Below, one piece after another: positions 23,001-31,848 of a DNA stretch of 64,000 bases; the stretch's first letter is position 1; every line of letters starts with the position of its first letter. A model generated the notes under the pieces. The model did no database searches, was not told the origin of the DNA, and saw only the letters and a program-made list of their open reading frames with translations. The DNA lies in NCBI GenBank assembly GCA_963797225.1, contig CAWCOO010000003.1, forward strand, positions 13,202 to 77,201, in the 5' to 3' direction. Source of the DNA: an uncultured Microthrixaceae bacterium. GTDB taxonomy: Bacteria; Actinomycetota; Acidimicrobiia; Acidimicrobiales; Acidimicrobilacustridaceae. A program made the position numbers and the translations under genes.

Positions 23001-25175
23001 TAGGTGGTGTTCGGGATGATGGGCACGGGCGAGGCGAAGGTCACCTGTTGCCAACCGCTGGCCGACTCCGACGTGAAGGTGGCGCTGCCGAGCAGCGTGC
23101 CGCTCGCCGACCAGAGGTTGCCGATGTGGGTACCGGTGTTGGCGGTCGCCTTGTAGAACCGGATCCCGGCGATCGACCCGGCCACGTCGGACGTGAACTT
23201 CACGCCGAGCTCGACCGCGTTGACGTCGTTCTGGTCGACGGTCCCAGGCGTGAAGCCGGGGCCCCAGATCGAGCACGGACAGCTCACGCCGACCGCGGAG
23301 CCGGTCGACGGCGACTCGATGTTGCCGTTGTCGTCGACGGCCCGGGAGCGCACGACCGCAGTGGGGTTGCCGTGGGCGACCCAGGCGTAGCTCCAGGTGG
23401 TGCTGGCCGCCGCCTTGGCGATGGGCGCCGGGTGCCACGTCGTGCCGTTGTCGGTCGACACCTCGACGCCGGCGACGACCGAGCCACCGGAGGCCGCGGC
23501 CGTGCCGCTGACCGTCACGGTCGCGCCATCGGCCACCGAGGCGCCGGCGGCCGGCGCGGTCACGGTCGAGGTCGGTGGCGTCGTGCTGGTCGATGCCGCC
23601 GCCGGAGCCAGACCGGCCATCAGGGTGGCCGGCTGCGCGCCCATGTCGGCGAGCAGGTTGATCGTGGCCTGCTGCATGTTGCGGTCCACCGCGGTGCTGC
23701 CGGGCTTGTTGGGGTCGAGGCCCCAGGCCCACTGCACCGTGCCGGCGCCGAACACCAGCGCGCCGCTGGGTGCCCGGTAGAGCGAGAGGTGGTGGGTCGC
23801 GGTCTGGTTGTCCGCGACTGTGGAGCCGTAGTCGACGAAGGTCTGCGCGGTCGTCGAGGTCGTGGACGACAGGTCGAAGAGGCCGGCCGGGCGCGAACCC
23901 GTTGTCGGGTTCGACGTCCCACTCGTAGCCCAGCGTCCCGAGACCGGAACCCAGGGTGATCGACTGACCCGATCCGAGCGAGGCCACCGCGGTGTTCCGC
24001 CAGAGCCGGAGGCCCGCGTACTGCCCGGGGACCTTGATGTCGGTCGTACCCGCGTTGACCGTGAAGTACTGACCGGTGAGGGCGTTCTCGGGCTGACCGG
24101 TGCGGAAGCGCGGGTCGCGCCACGTCCCGGTCCACGTGACGGGATCGGTCGGGGCGTCGTAGTGGGTGTCCTTGTAGGTCACCAGCACGCGGTTGGGGTT
24201 GCCCGCGCTGTCCGGCTCCCAACGGGTCTTCCAGAACACCTCGTTGCCGCTGAAGAAGGCCAGGTTGACGCCGTGGTCGCGGGCGTTCTCCACGTTGGCC
24301 CGCTGGTTGCCCGACCAGTACTCGTCGTGTCCGCTCGACAGGAAGGTCTTGTGGTTCAGCAGCAGCGAGCCGGAGGTCTCGACGTCGGTGCCGCTGAGGT
24401 AGCTGACGTCGTAGCCGTTGCCCTCGAGGAAGCTGATCATCGGGAGCTCGGCGTAGGTGATCCAGCTCCGGCCCGAGTCGTCGTCGGCGGAGTGGAAGGG
24501 ACGGTTGTACGAGACCTTCGACGCGCCCTTGTAGGAGAGCGGGTTCCCCGGGGGACACGAGCCGGTGCAGCTGTAGAGGCTGTTGCCGCCGTAGGTGTTG
24601 TAGGCCTGCCAGGTGGTGTCGGAGGACTGCACCACGATGTCGGAGTGGCTCGACTCGTCGCGCACGATGAAGGGGACGAGGCTCGAGCCGCCCGTGTCGT
24701 TGCGCACCAGGTGGGCCGCGTACATGCCCGACACCGCGCTCGACGGCACCGCCCACGTGACCGACACGGACCAGTTCCCGCAGTCGACCAGGCCGGTGTT
24801 GACCTGATCGGTGCAGGACGGCTGGGTGTTCTTCGGGAACGGCCCGGCCAACGTGGCGACCTTCCGGGCCCCGTTGCCCTGGTAGTAGCCGAACCGCAGG
24901 ATGTCGACGTGATAGGCGGCGGCCGACGCGCTCACCTTGAACGACACGGTGTCGCCCGGCTTGACGCTCATCGCGGTCGAGAAGCCCTGCAACGCGGCAT
25001 CGCCCGACCCCGTGACCTGCCAGTCGCTTCGAGGGTCACCCGGCTGGGTGTTCTCGCACGCGATCACGCTCGTGACGGGCGGCCCGCACACCCCCGCGGC
25101 GCCTGCCGGCGCCGCACCCGAGACGAGCGCGGCTGCGCTGGCGACGACCACTGCCACCGCCAGCGCACGCCACAT
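20021..25175 (-). CDS. very large secreted multidomain protein: signal peptide, DMF-amidase-beta-like domain, Ig-like domain, DUF4082, 2x Fn3, ~207-aa module, 3x Fn3, second copy of the module; one frame break near 23893
   Basis: ATG 25175 gives MWRALAVAVVVASAAALVSGAAPAGAAG (signal peptide). N-terminal motifs TWQAYNTYGGNSLY, GHDEYWS, NLAFFSGNEVFWKTRWE. DUF4082-like ELGVKFTSDVAGSIAGIRFYK..NTGTHIGNLW..SGWQQVTF..TTYVASYFAP. ORF 22800..25280 and ORF 20021..23755 join at ..EWDVEPDNGF/RPAGLFDLSS... Confidence 0.8.
20024..20644 (-). repeat. copy 2 of the ~207-aa module (PLVDTQVSVNGTG...WNLAVVEIKGL), C-terminus of the protein
   Basis: Paralogous to 21539-22162. Together the repeats give the architecture [Fn3x2-module]-[Fn3x3-module]. 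Confidence 0.85.
20645..21538 (-). repeat. three tandem fibronectin-type-III coding units (~98-100 aa each)
   Basis: Same Fn3 signature as 22163-22759. Units 4 and 5 are nearly identical at protein level (..GAPTGV.A.AGN..A.V.WTAPSNGGSPITSY.VTPYIG.VAQTATTITGSPPVTS..). Confidence 0.85.
21539..22162 (-). repeat. copy 1 of a ~207-aa uncharacterised module (PVIDTQVSVNATG...WNLVAVELKG)
   Basis: Aligns residue-for-residue with the C-terminal module (20024-20644). The DNA is visibly similar (about 80-85% by eye in the segments I compared). Confidence 0.85.
22163..22759 (-). repeat. two tandem fibronectin-type-III coding units (~98-101 aa each)
   Basis: Each unit reads ..SWTAP..GGS.I..Y.VTPY.G..AQT.TTV.G.P....TV.GLTNGT.YTFTV.A.N..G.G... 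Boundaries were counted from the ORF translation. Confidence 0.85.
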
Positions 25176-25404
25176 TGCCGAACGACCTCGACCTCTTGCC
25201 ACCGTCCACTCCCACGACGTCGGATCCCGGTCGATCGCCCTTCCGACCCGGGTTGTGGACGCCGACAGCTCCCACGACATCGAGGTACAAGGTCGATGTC
25301 GGCGCCCGAGGAACTCCTCGAGCGCGGAAGCTAACGAACCAGGCTGAAGCCACCTTGAAGGTCGAACAGAAATTCCTTCAGGTTCCGGCGAGGAAGCGCC
25401 GCCG

Positions 25405-26256
25405 CTACCGCCCGATGTCGCGGTGGGAGATCTTCGGGTCGTAGCCCCGCTCGCTCAGCCGGGCCGCGATCTCCTCGGCGATGACCACGGAGCGGTGGTG
25501 CCCGCCGGTGCACCCGAGGGCGAGGGTCAGGTAGCTCTTGCCCTCGGCCACGTAGGCCGGCAGGAGCAGCTCGAGCAGCGACGTCAGCTCGTCGAGGAAC
25601 TCCGCCGTCACCGGTTGGCCCATGACGTAGTCGCGCACCGGTTCGTCGAGACCCGTCTGGGGCCGGAGGTCCTCGACCCAGTGCGGGTTCGGCAGGAAGC
25701 GGCAGTCGATGACCAGATCGGTGTCGAGCGGGAGCCCGTGCTTGTAGCCGAACGACATGACCGTCGTCTGCATGCCGATCTCGGGCGCGTCGGAACCGAA
25801 CAGATCGATCATGCGGGCCCGCAGCTGGTGCACGTTCAGCTCGGAGGTGTCGACGACCACGTCGGCCTCCTCCTTCACGGGCTGCAGCAGCTCGCGCTCG
25901 GCCTCGATGGCGGCGGCCAGGCTGCGGTCGACGGCCAGCGGATGCCGACGCCGCGTGCTCTCGTAGCGGCGGACGAGCACGTCGGTGGACGCCTCGAGGA
26001 AGACGATGCGGAGCCGCACCCCCTGGCGTTCGAGCGCACGGAGCGCCGGCAGGACCTCGTCGTGGTACGGCCCGGTGCCGACCGCCAGCGCGACGCGGGC
26101 GATGCTCGACCCCTCCGACGACGCCAGCTCGGACACCTTCGGGATGAGCGCGGGCGGGAGGTTGTCGATCACGAACCACCCGAGATCCTCGAGGCTGTCA
26201 GCCGCCTGCGAGCGTCCCGCCCCCGACAACCCCGTGATCACGATGAACTCGTTCAC
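25405..26256 (-). CDS. rapZ: RNase adapter / P-loop NTPase RapZ (YvcJ family)
   Basis: GTG start. VNEFIVITGLSGAGRSQAADSLEDLGWFVIDNLPP (Walker A). The C-terminal ..LGCTGGHHRSV.. motif is typical of the family. Confidence 0.9.
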   Translation of the reverse strand: MNEFIVITGLSGAGRSQAADSLEDLGWFVIDNLPPALIPKVSELASSEGSSIARVALAVGTGPYHDEVLPALRALERQGVRLRIVFLEASTDVLVRRYESTRRRHPLAVDRSLAAAIEAERELLQPVKEEADVVVDTSELNVHQLRARMIDLFGSDAPEIGMQTTVMSFGYKHGLPLDTDLVIDCRFLPNPHWVEDLRPQTGLDEPVRDYVMGQPVTAEFLDELTSLLELLLPAYVAEGKSYLTLALGCTGGHHRSVVIAEEIAARLSERGYDPKISHRDIGR

Positions 26257-26340
26257 GCCGCGAGCCTACCGTTCGAGGCCCGACCGATCGGTGTGGCCGG
26301 GAGGCCGATCGGTCAGGTCGGTCGGTCAGGTCGCGATCGG

Positions 26341-27096
26341 TCAGGCAGTCCTGGTCGTGACCAGCACGAGCAGGCGGGGCACGGTGGCCGCGTCCGTGTA
26401 CTCGGGCGCCCGGGCCAGGAAGCCGGGCGGCGGCGCCGGCTCGATCATCTGCTCGAGCACCAGCCCCGCTCGGGCGAGCGCGTTGACGTAGCGACTCAGC
26501 GGACGGTGGATGAAGCGGATGAACACGCCCTTCTCGACCTGTTCGATGGTCGCCGCCTCGGTCAGGTAGGCACCGATCCGCCAGTACTGCTCGGGCGGGT
26601 CGAGGATCTGGTCGTCGATCCACCCGCTGTCGGGCGTCTGCAGCAGCGGGTGGTTCAGGAAGAACACGAACCGGCCACCGGGTTCGAGCACCCTGGCCAC
26701 CTCGTCGATGGCCTCGTCGACGGCGTCGATGTGCTCGAACACCAGGCAGGCGACGACGGCGTCGAAGGTGGCGTCGGCGAAGGGCAGCGCCGCCGCGCCC
26801 GACTGCACGTAGGCCGGTCCGCCCGCCCGCCGGCCGGCCTCGTCGATCTGGGCCACCGTCGGGTCGACGCCCACCACGGTGGATCCCTGGGCCGCGAGCC
26901 GGCGGGCGAGCTGGCCCTCCCCCGTCCCGACGTCGAGCACCGTCCGGCAGCCCGCGAGCCACTCGTCGGCGAGCGGCAGGATCTGCTCGGTGTACTCGGG
27001 GTCGACGCCGTCGGTGAACTCGCGCTGCCACCAGCCCGCGATGTCGGCGCTCCCCCAACCGCCCAGCGGGTCATCGGGGGTCTCGGCATCGGTCAC
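26341..27096 (-). CDS. class I SAM-dependent methyltransferase
   Basis: Motif I VLDVGTGEGQLA, post-I VVGVDP, ..FDAVVACLVFEHI.., ..LEPGGRFVF... 251 aa, GTG start. Confidence 0.8.
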   Translation of the reverse strand: MTDAETPDDPLGGWGSADIAGWWQREFTDGVDPEYTEQILPLADEWLAGCRTVLDVGTGEGQLARRLAAQGSTVVGVDPTVAQIDEAGRRAGGPAYVQSGAAALPFADATFDAVVACLVFEHIDAVDEAIDEVARVLEPGGRFVFFLNHPLLQTPDSGWIDDQILDPPEQYWRIGAYLTEAATIEQVEKGVFIRFIHRPLSRYVNALARAGLVLEQMIEPAPPPGFLARAPEYTDAATVPRLLVLVTTRTA

Positions 27097-27139
27097 CGGC
27101 TCACCGTAGGCGACGGCCCCGCGTCCCCATGCCGGTAGC

Positions 27140-28063
27140 TCACGCCACCGGGTAGGTCACCCGGATGACGGCGTCGCCGGACGGGCCGGGATCGGTGTCC
27201 ACGGCCGCCGGCCGGTAGGCCTGCCGCTGGGCGTCGAGGTACGCCTCGAACGGCGACCGGCCCGCGCCGCCGATGGCGACGGCCTGGTCGTCGATCCGGT
27301 CGACCTCCACGATGCGCCGCGGCATCCCCGCCCCGTCCTCGCCCTCGACGGTCGGGAAGCCGGCGATGTGCAGCTCGTGGGTGGCCGAGAACGTGGCCAG
27401 CACGCTGAGCACCCGCTCGTCGACCTCACCGGCGCGGAGGGCGGCGAGCGCGTCGGGAGACGCGGTGACCCTCGGGTTCTCGGCCAGATCACCACCGGCC
27501 CGCAGCCGCAGGGCCTGGGCCGCCACGGCGCGCTCGTGCAGGTCGGCCGCCGCGCCCGAGTCGATGCGCCGAACCTCGACCCGGTCGTCACCGCTGCCGA
27601 ACGCGGCCACCGGCATCCAGCCGTCGAGGGCGGACCGCACGTCGGGCAGCTGCGCGACGCGGGCCCGCAGATCGGGGGACGACACCGCGTACGCGGACCC
27701 CGTCCACCGGACCAGCTCGTTCACCAGCGACCCCGACGCGGGGATCTCGATGACCTGCCGATCCGCCAGGCCGCTCCCCGTCAGCTCCTGACCGGCGGCC
27801 GCGTCGATCACCACGCTCTGGTCGGGTCGCAGGTTCGTGGTCAGCCAGGTCTCCGCCTGACGCATCGACGCGGTGGTCTCCTGAGGGAGGAGCGACGGGC
27901 GCGTGCTGCGATTGCCGCCGTTCACGACCATCGCCAGCACCAGCACGATCCCGACGAAGGCCAGGCCGACCCCCACCACGATGAAGGCGTCGCTGGGTCG
28001 CCGGACGGCGCCGGAGCGGCCGACAGGGGCGACGTCGGGGGGATGAGCGCTGCTGGCGGCCAT
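27140..28063 (-). CDS. hypothetical protein with a single N-terminal transmembrane anchor
   Basis: 307-aa ORF, ATG 28063. TM segment FIVVGVGLAFVGIVLVLAMVV followed by a soluble domain. No family recognised. Coding is inferred from length, position and the lack of a better overlapping frame. Confidence 0.6.
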   Translation of the reverse strand: MAASSAHPPDVAPVGRSGAVRRPSDAFIVVGVGLAFVGIVLVLAMVVNGGNRSTRPSLLPQETTASMRQAETWLTTNLRPDQSVVIDAAAGQELTGSGLADRQVIEIPASGSLVNELVRWTGSAYAVSSPDLRARVAQLPDVRSALDGWMPVAAFGSGDDRVEVRRIDSGAAADLHERAVAAQALRLRAGGDLAENPRVTASPDALAALRAGEVDERVLSVLATFSATHELHIAGFPTVEGEDGAGMPRRIVEVDRIDDQAVAIGGAGRSPFEAYLDAQRQAYRPAAVDTDPGPSGDAVIRVTYPVA

Positions 28064-28147
28064 GGTCGAGCTCCTTGCCGAGGCGACGATGGAAGGGTCG
28101 GTTTCCCACCGTCCGCGGCCGTGGACGCATCTGGATCACTCCTCGTG

Positions 28148-28189
28148 CCCACCGGCCGGCCAGAACCATGATCGGCCGTGGCCGGTGGG
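28148..28189 (-). terminator. stem-loop directly abutting the uvrC stop codon (no U-tract)
   Basis: CCCACCGGCC (28148-28157) is the exact reverse complement of GGCCGGTGGG (28180-28189). An inner GGCC/GGCC pairing is possible. Its role as terminator or attenuator is inferred only. Confidence 0.35.
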
Positions 28190-30052
28190 TCAGCGGTGGG
28201 CGCCGTGGATCTTGGCGTGGACCGCGTCGGCGACCGTGTCCGGCAGCCAGGTCAGGGCGGTCAGCTGCTCGAGCGACGCCTGCTTGACCGCACCGACCCC
28301 GCCCAGCTCCTTGAGCAGGCGCTTCTTGCGGGTCGGGCCGAGACCCGGGATGTCGTCGAGCACCGACTTCGTCATGCGCTTGCCCCGCAGCTCGCGGTGG
28401 AACGTGATGGCGAAGCGGTGGGCCTCGTCGCGGATGCGCTGCAGCAGGTAGAGCGCCTCGCTCTGGCGCGGGATCCGGACGGGCTCGCTCCGGCCCGGCA
28501 CGTAGACCTCCTCGAACCGCTTGGCCAGCGAGGCGATCGGGATCTCGCCGGTGAGGCCCAGGTTGTCGAGCACCCGTTCGGCCACGCTCAGCTGGCCCTT
28601 GCCTCCGTCGACGAGCAGCAGCTGCGGCGGGTAGGCGAACTTCCCCCGCTCACCCACCGGCTTGTCCTTGTCGGCCACGTAGTTCGACAGGCGGCGGGTG
28701 AGTACCTCCTCCATGGCCGCGAAGTCGTCGTTGCCGTCGACCTCGCGGATCTTGAACCGGCGGTACTCGCGCTTGTTGGGCAGGCCGTCCTCGAGCACCA
28801 CCATCGAGCCGACGTAGTCGCTGCCCTGGATGTGGCTCATGTCGTAGCACTCGATGCGCAGAGGAGCCTCGGGGAGCCCGAGCGCGTCCTGCAGCTCGTT
28901 GAGCGCGCGGGCACGGCTGTTGTGGTCGGCGGCCCGGCGCAGGCGGTGTCGGTTCAGCTCCTCGCTGGCGTTGCGGGTGACGGTCTCGAGCAGCTCACGC
29001 TTGGCGCCGCGCTGCGGCACCCGGATCGTGACGTTGGCGCCCCGCTGCTCGGTCAGCCAGCGCTCGTAGAGCGTGGGGTCGGCGGACTCGACGGGCACGA
29101 GCACCTGCTTGGGCACGCCCAGCGGAGGGGTGTCGTAGTAGAGGCCCTCGAGGATGGTGTCGACCAGCTCGCCCGGCGTGACGTCCTCGACCTTGTCGAG
29201 GATGAAGCCCTTGCGACCGACCACGCGGCCCCGCCGGACGAAGAACACCTGGGCCGCGGCCTCGAGGTCGTCGTCGGCGATGCCCACCACGTCGATGTCC
29301 TCGGCCTTGTCGACCACCATCTGCTGCTTGGCGATGGCCTTGCGCACCGTCTCGAGCCGGTCGCGCAGGCGCGCCGCCCGCTCGAACTCGAGCTCGTCGG
29401 CGGCCATGCGCATCTCGGTGTCGAGCCGCTCGACGATCGTGTCGGTGTCGCCGTCGAGGAAGTCGATGAGCTCCTGGACCAGCTCGTCGTAGTCCGGCTT
29501 CGAGATCTCCCCGACGCAGGGACCGGAGCACTTCTCGATGTGGAACAGCAGGCACGGCTTGCCGAGCTTCTCGTGGCGGCCGAGCTTGTTGTCCGAGCAG
29601 GTGCGGATCGGGAAGGTCCGCAGCAGCAGGTCGAGCGTCTCGCGGATGGCGTAGGCGTGGCCGTACGGACCGAAGTAGCGGACGCCCTTGCGCTTCGAGC
29701 CCCGCATGACCATGGCCCGAGGCCACTCGTCGCTCATGGTGATGGCCAGGAACGGGTAGCTCTTGTCGTCCTTCAGCCGGATGTTGAAGCGGGGTTGGTG
29801 GCGCTGGATCAGGCTGTACTCGAGCATCAGCGCATCGACGTCGTTGCGCACCTGGATCCACTCGACCGTCTCCGCGGTGGCGACCATCTGCGCGGTGCGG
29901 GGCGGCAGGTTCCGGGGGTTCTGGAAGTAGTTGGACAGCCGTGACCGCAGGCTCTTGGCCTTGCCGACGTAGATCACGCGCCCCTGGGCGTCCTTGAACT
30001 GGTAGCTGCCGGGGGCATCGGGGATGGTGCCGGCGGGCGGTCGTTGGATCAC
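28190..30052 (-). CDS. uvrC: excinuclease ABC subunit C
   Basis: GIY-YIG N-terminus (GSYQFKDAQGRVIYVGKAKSLRSRLSNY..EYSLIQRHQPRFN), UVR motif (..ELEFERAARLRDRL..), C-terminal (HhH)2 (IPGLGPTRKKRLLKELGG). GTG 30052 chosen. The 1207-aa ORF upstream of it is antisense read-through of the next gene. Confidence 0.9.
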   Translation of the reverse strand: MIQRPPAGTIPDAPGSYQFKDAQGRVIYVGKAKSLRSRLSNYFQNPRNLPPRTAQMVATAETVEWIQVRNDVDALMLEYSLIQRHQPRFNIRLKDDKSYPFLAITMSDEWPRAMVMRGSKRKGVRYFGPYGHAYAIRETLDLLLRTFPIRTCSDNKLGRHEKLGKPCLLFHIEKCSGPCVGEISKPDYDELVQELIDFLDGDTDTIVERLDTEMRMAADELEFERAARLRDRLETVRKAIAKQQMVVDKAEDIDVVGIADDDLEAAAQVFFVRRGRVVGRKGFILDKVEDVTPGELVDTILEGLYYDTPPLGVPKQVLVPVESADPTLYERWLTEQRGANVTIRVPQRGAKRELLETVTRNASEELNRHRLRRAADHNSRARALNELQDALGLPEAPLRIECYDMSHIQGSDYVGSMVVLEDGLPNKREYRRFKIREVDGNDDFAAMEEVLTRRLSNYVADKDKPVGERGKFAYPPQLLLVDGGKGQLSVAERVLDNLGLTGEIPIASLAKRFEEVYVPGRSEPVRIPRQSEALYLLQRIRDEAHRFAITFHRELRGKRMTKSVLDDIPGLGPTRKKRLLKELGGVGAVKQASLEQLTALTWLPDTVADAVHAKIHGAHR

Positions 30053-30136
30053 CCGCCCATCCTGCCGGATCGGAGCGCGCTCGCGGTTCGTCGGGTGCCC
30101 CGGGAGCCCCAGGGGTCCCCCACTAGTGTCCGTGCG

Positions 30137-31648
30137 ATGGACACGGCGGAGCGACGTTCGGCGACGCACCTCGCCGGTCTCGTGCTGGTCGCCGCCGGAT
30201 GCGTGCTGTTCCTGGTCATCGGGTTCGGGCGCATCACCGCGCCGTTCGGCGACTCCGACGAGGGCATCAACGGCGCGGTCTGGTCGCTCAGCGCCCGCTC
30301 GCTGCGCGAGCTCGGCATCGTCGACTCCAGGCTGGGAGGCCACCGCACCGACGGCACCGAGTACGCGACCCACCCGCCCGGCACCGTCGTCACGACGGCG
30401 ATGGCCCAGGCCGTCGGCGGAGCCCGCTCGTGGGCGAGCCGGGCGCCGGCGTGGCTGGCCACGCTCGCCGCGCTCCTGCTGCTCTACCGCCTGGCCCGCC
30501 GGGCCCGGTTCGACCCGTTGGTGGCGGGCGGCGCGGTCGCGCTGGTCGCGCTGACCCCCATGGCGCTCGTCTACGGGCCGATGCTCGACACCCCGATCGT
30601 GGCGTTCCCGTTCGGGGTGCTCGTGATCACCTGCTGGTTCCGCGACTGGCAGGCCGAGGAAGCCGGAGACCTGGCCGCGGCCGGCCTGACCACGGCGGCC
30701 GCGCTGTTCGCGGGGCTGTTCGGCTGGCAGGCGGCGGTGCTGACGGCGATGTGCGGCCTCACGCTGGCGGCCCGGGCCGTGCGCCACCGACCGGGCGCCA
30801 TCCGGGCCGCGCTCCCGTACCTGGTCGGTGGCGCCGTCGGCGTGGCGCTGTCCCTGAGCTGGTCGTGGTGGGTGTACGGGAGCTTCCAGACCCTGTTCGA
30901 CAAGTTCGGCGGGCGCTCGGGTGACTCGTCGGGGGTCGGCCTCGGCGACATGGTGTCGTTCCAGCTGCCGTGGCTGGCCAACCTGCTCGGCCTGTCCTTC
31001 GTGGGGCTCATCGGCTGCGTCGTGGCGCTGCGCGATCGCTTCCTGCGACCGCTGGCCGCGATGGCCCTCGCCTCGGTCGCCGTCTACGCGGTGATCTTCC
31101 GCCAGGCGGCCGCCGGGCACCAGTACTGGAACTACTGGGTGCTGCTGCCCACCGCGATCGGCTGGGCCTACCTGCTGCGGGGGGTGGTGCGGGAGGTCCG
31201 CAAGAGCCGGTCGGCCGAGTCGGCCCGCACCACCTCGATCGGCGTGGTCATCGCCATCGTCGTGTTCGTCGGGGCCTTCGGCGTGCTGCGGCCCGATCAG
31301 GCCCAGCGCTACATCGTGGACGGGCACCGGGCGGCCGACCTCGTCGATGGCGCCACGTTCCCGGACGGCCAGACGGGGTTGGCCACCGTCGGCCAGCCCT
31401 TCCGGGCCGATGCCTGGATCACGTACAACACCGACCTGCAGCCGTCCACCCTGGTCTCGGTCGAGCAGCTGCAGCAGCTGGCGGCCGACCGGCCCGACGA
31501 CCTCGTGCTGATCCTCGGCGACTGCGACGACGGGGACCCCAGCTACGAGTTCTGCACCGACGTGACCCGGGCGGCGGCAGCCGACGCCGACGGCGACGTG
31601 CACCGGCCCCGCCTCGTGCCCGTCCGCGACCTGGCCGGCGGCGCCTGA
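30137..31648 (+). CDS. GT-C-type (ArnT/PMT-like) integral-membrane glycosyltransferase
   Basis: ATG 30137 (MDTAERRS..). About 10 predicted TM segments. An early periplasmic-loop acidic motif FGDSDEGING is followed by ..THPPG.. as in lipid-carrier-dependent GT-C enzymes. C-terminal soluble domain. Divergent from uvrC. Confidence 0.65.
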   Translation: MDTAERRSATHLAGLVLVAAGCVLFLVIGFGRITAPFGDSDEGINGAVWSLSARSLRELGIVDSRLGGHRTDGTEYATHPPGTVVTTAMAQAVGGARSWASRAPAWLATLAALLLLYRLARRARFDPLVAGGAVALVALTPMALVYGPMLDTPIVAFPFGVLVITCWFRDWQAEEAGDLAAAGLTTAAALFAGLFGWQAAVLTAMCGLTLAARAVRHRPGAIRAALPYLVGGAVGVALSLSWSWWVYGSFQTLFDKFGGRSGDSSGVGLGDMVSFQLPWLANLLGLSFVGLIGCVVALRDRFLRPLAAMALASVAVYAVIFRQAAAGHQYWNYWVLLPTAIGWAYLLRGVVREVRKSRSAESARTTSIGVVIAIVVFVGAFGVLRPDQAQRYIVDGHRAADLVDGATFPDGQTGLATVGQPFRADAWITYNTDLQPSTLVSVEQLQQLAADRPDDLVLILGDCDDGDPSYEFCTDVTRAAAADADGDVHRPRLVPVRDLAGGA

Positions 31649-31848
31649 TCCCCGGATCTGTCCGTCAGGAGATCGGCGGAGCGGGATGATTTCCGCGGCG
31701 CTCGGTGCTGCACCCACTAGAGTCACCTCACTGCCGGCCTGGTATCCGGCGACATATCGGCTCCGAGACCGACATCCCCGTGGCGCGGCGACCAGGCTGT
31801 CCCCACCGGTCACAATCGGAGCCTCCTCACCGGAGGTCCACCCACAAC

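Noticed and set aside
30053-31813. Upstream 580 codons of the 1207-aa minus-strand ORF 28190..31813
   Set aside because: It is antisense to the GT-C gene 30137..31648 and is Arg/Gly/Pro/Asp-rich low-complexity sequence, typical of spurious open frames in very GC-rich DNA. UvrC homology begins only at GTG 30052.
31649-31848. Possible NAD-responsive riboswitch or regulatory leader upstream of nadA
   Set aside because: The only feature is a short CCTCC-tcacc-GGAGG hairpin (31822-31836) that could mask the RBS. I cannot match the region to the nadA-motif riboswitch from memory, and 5 bp is weak. It needs an Rfam scan before any claim.
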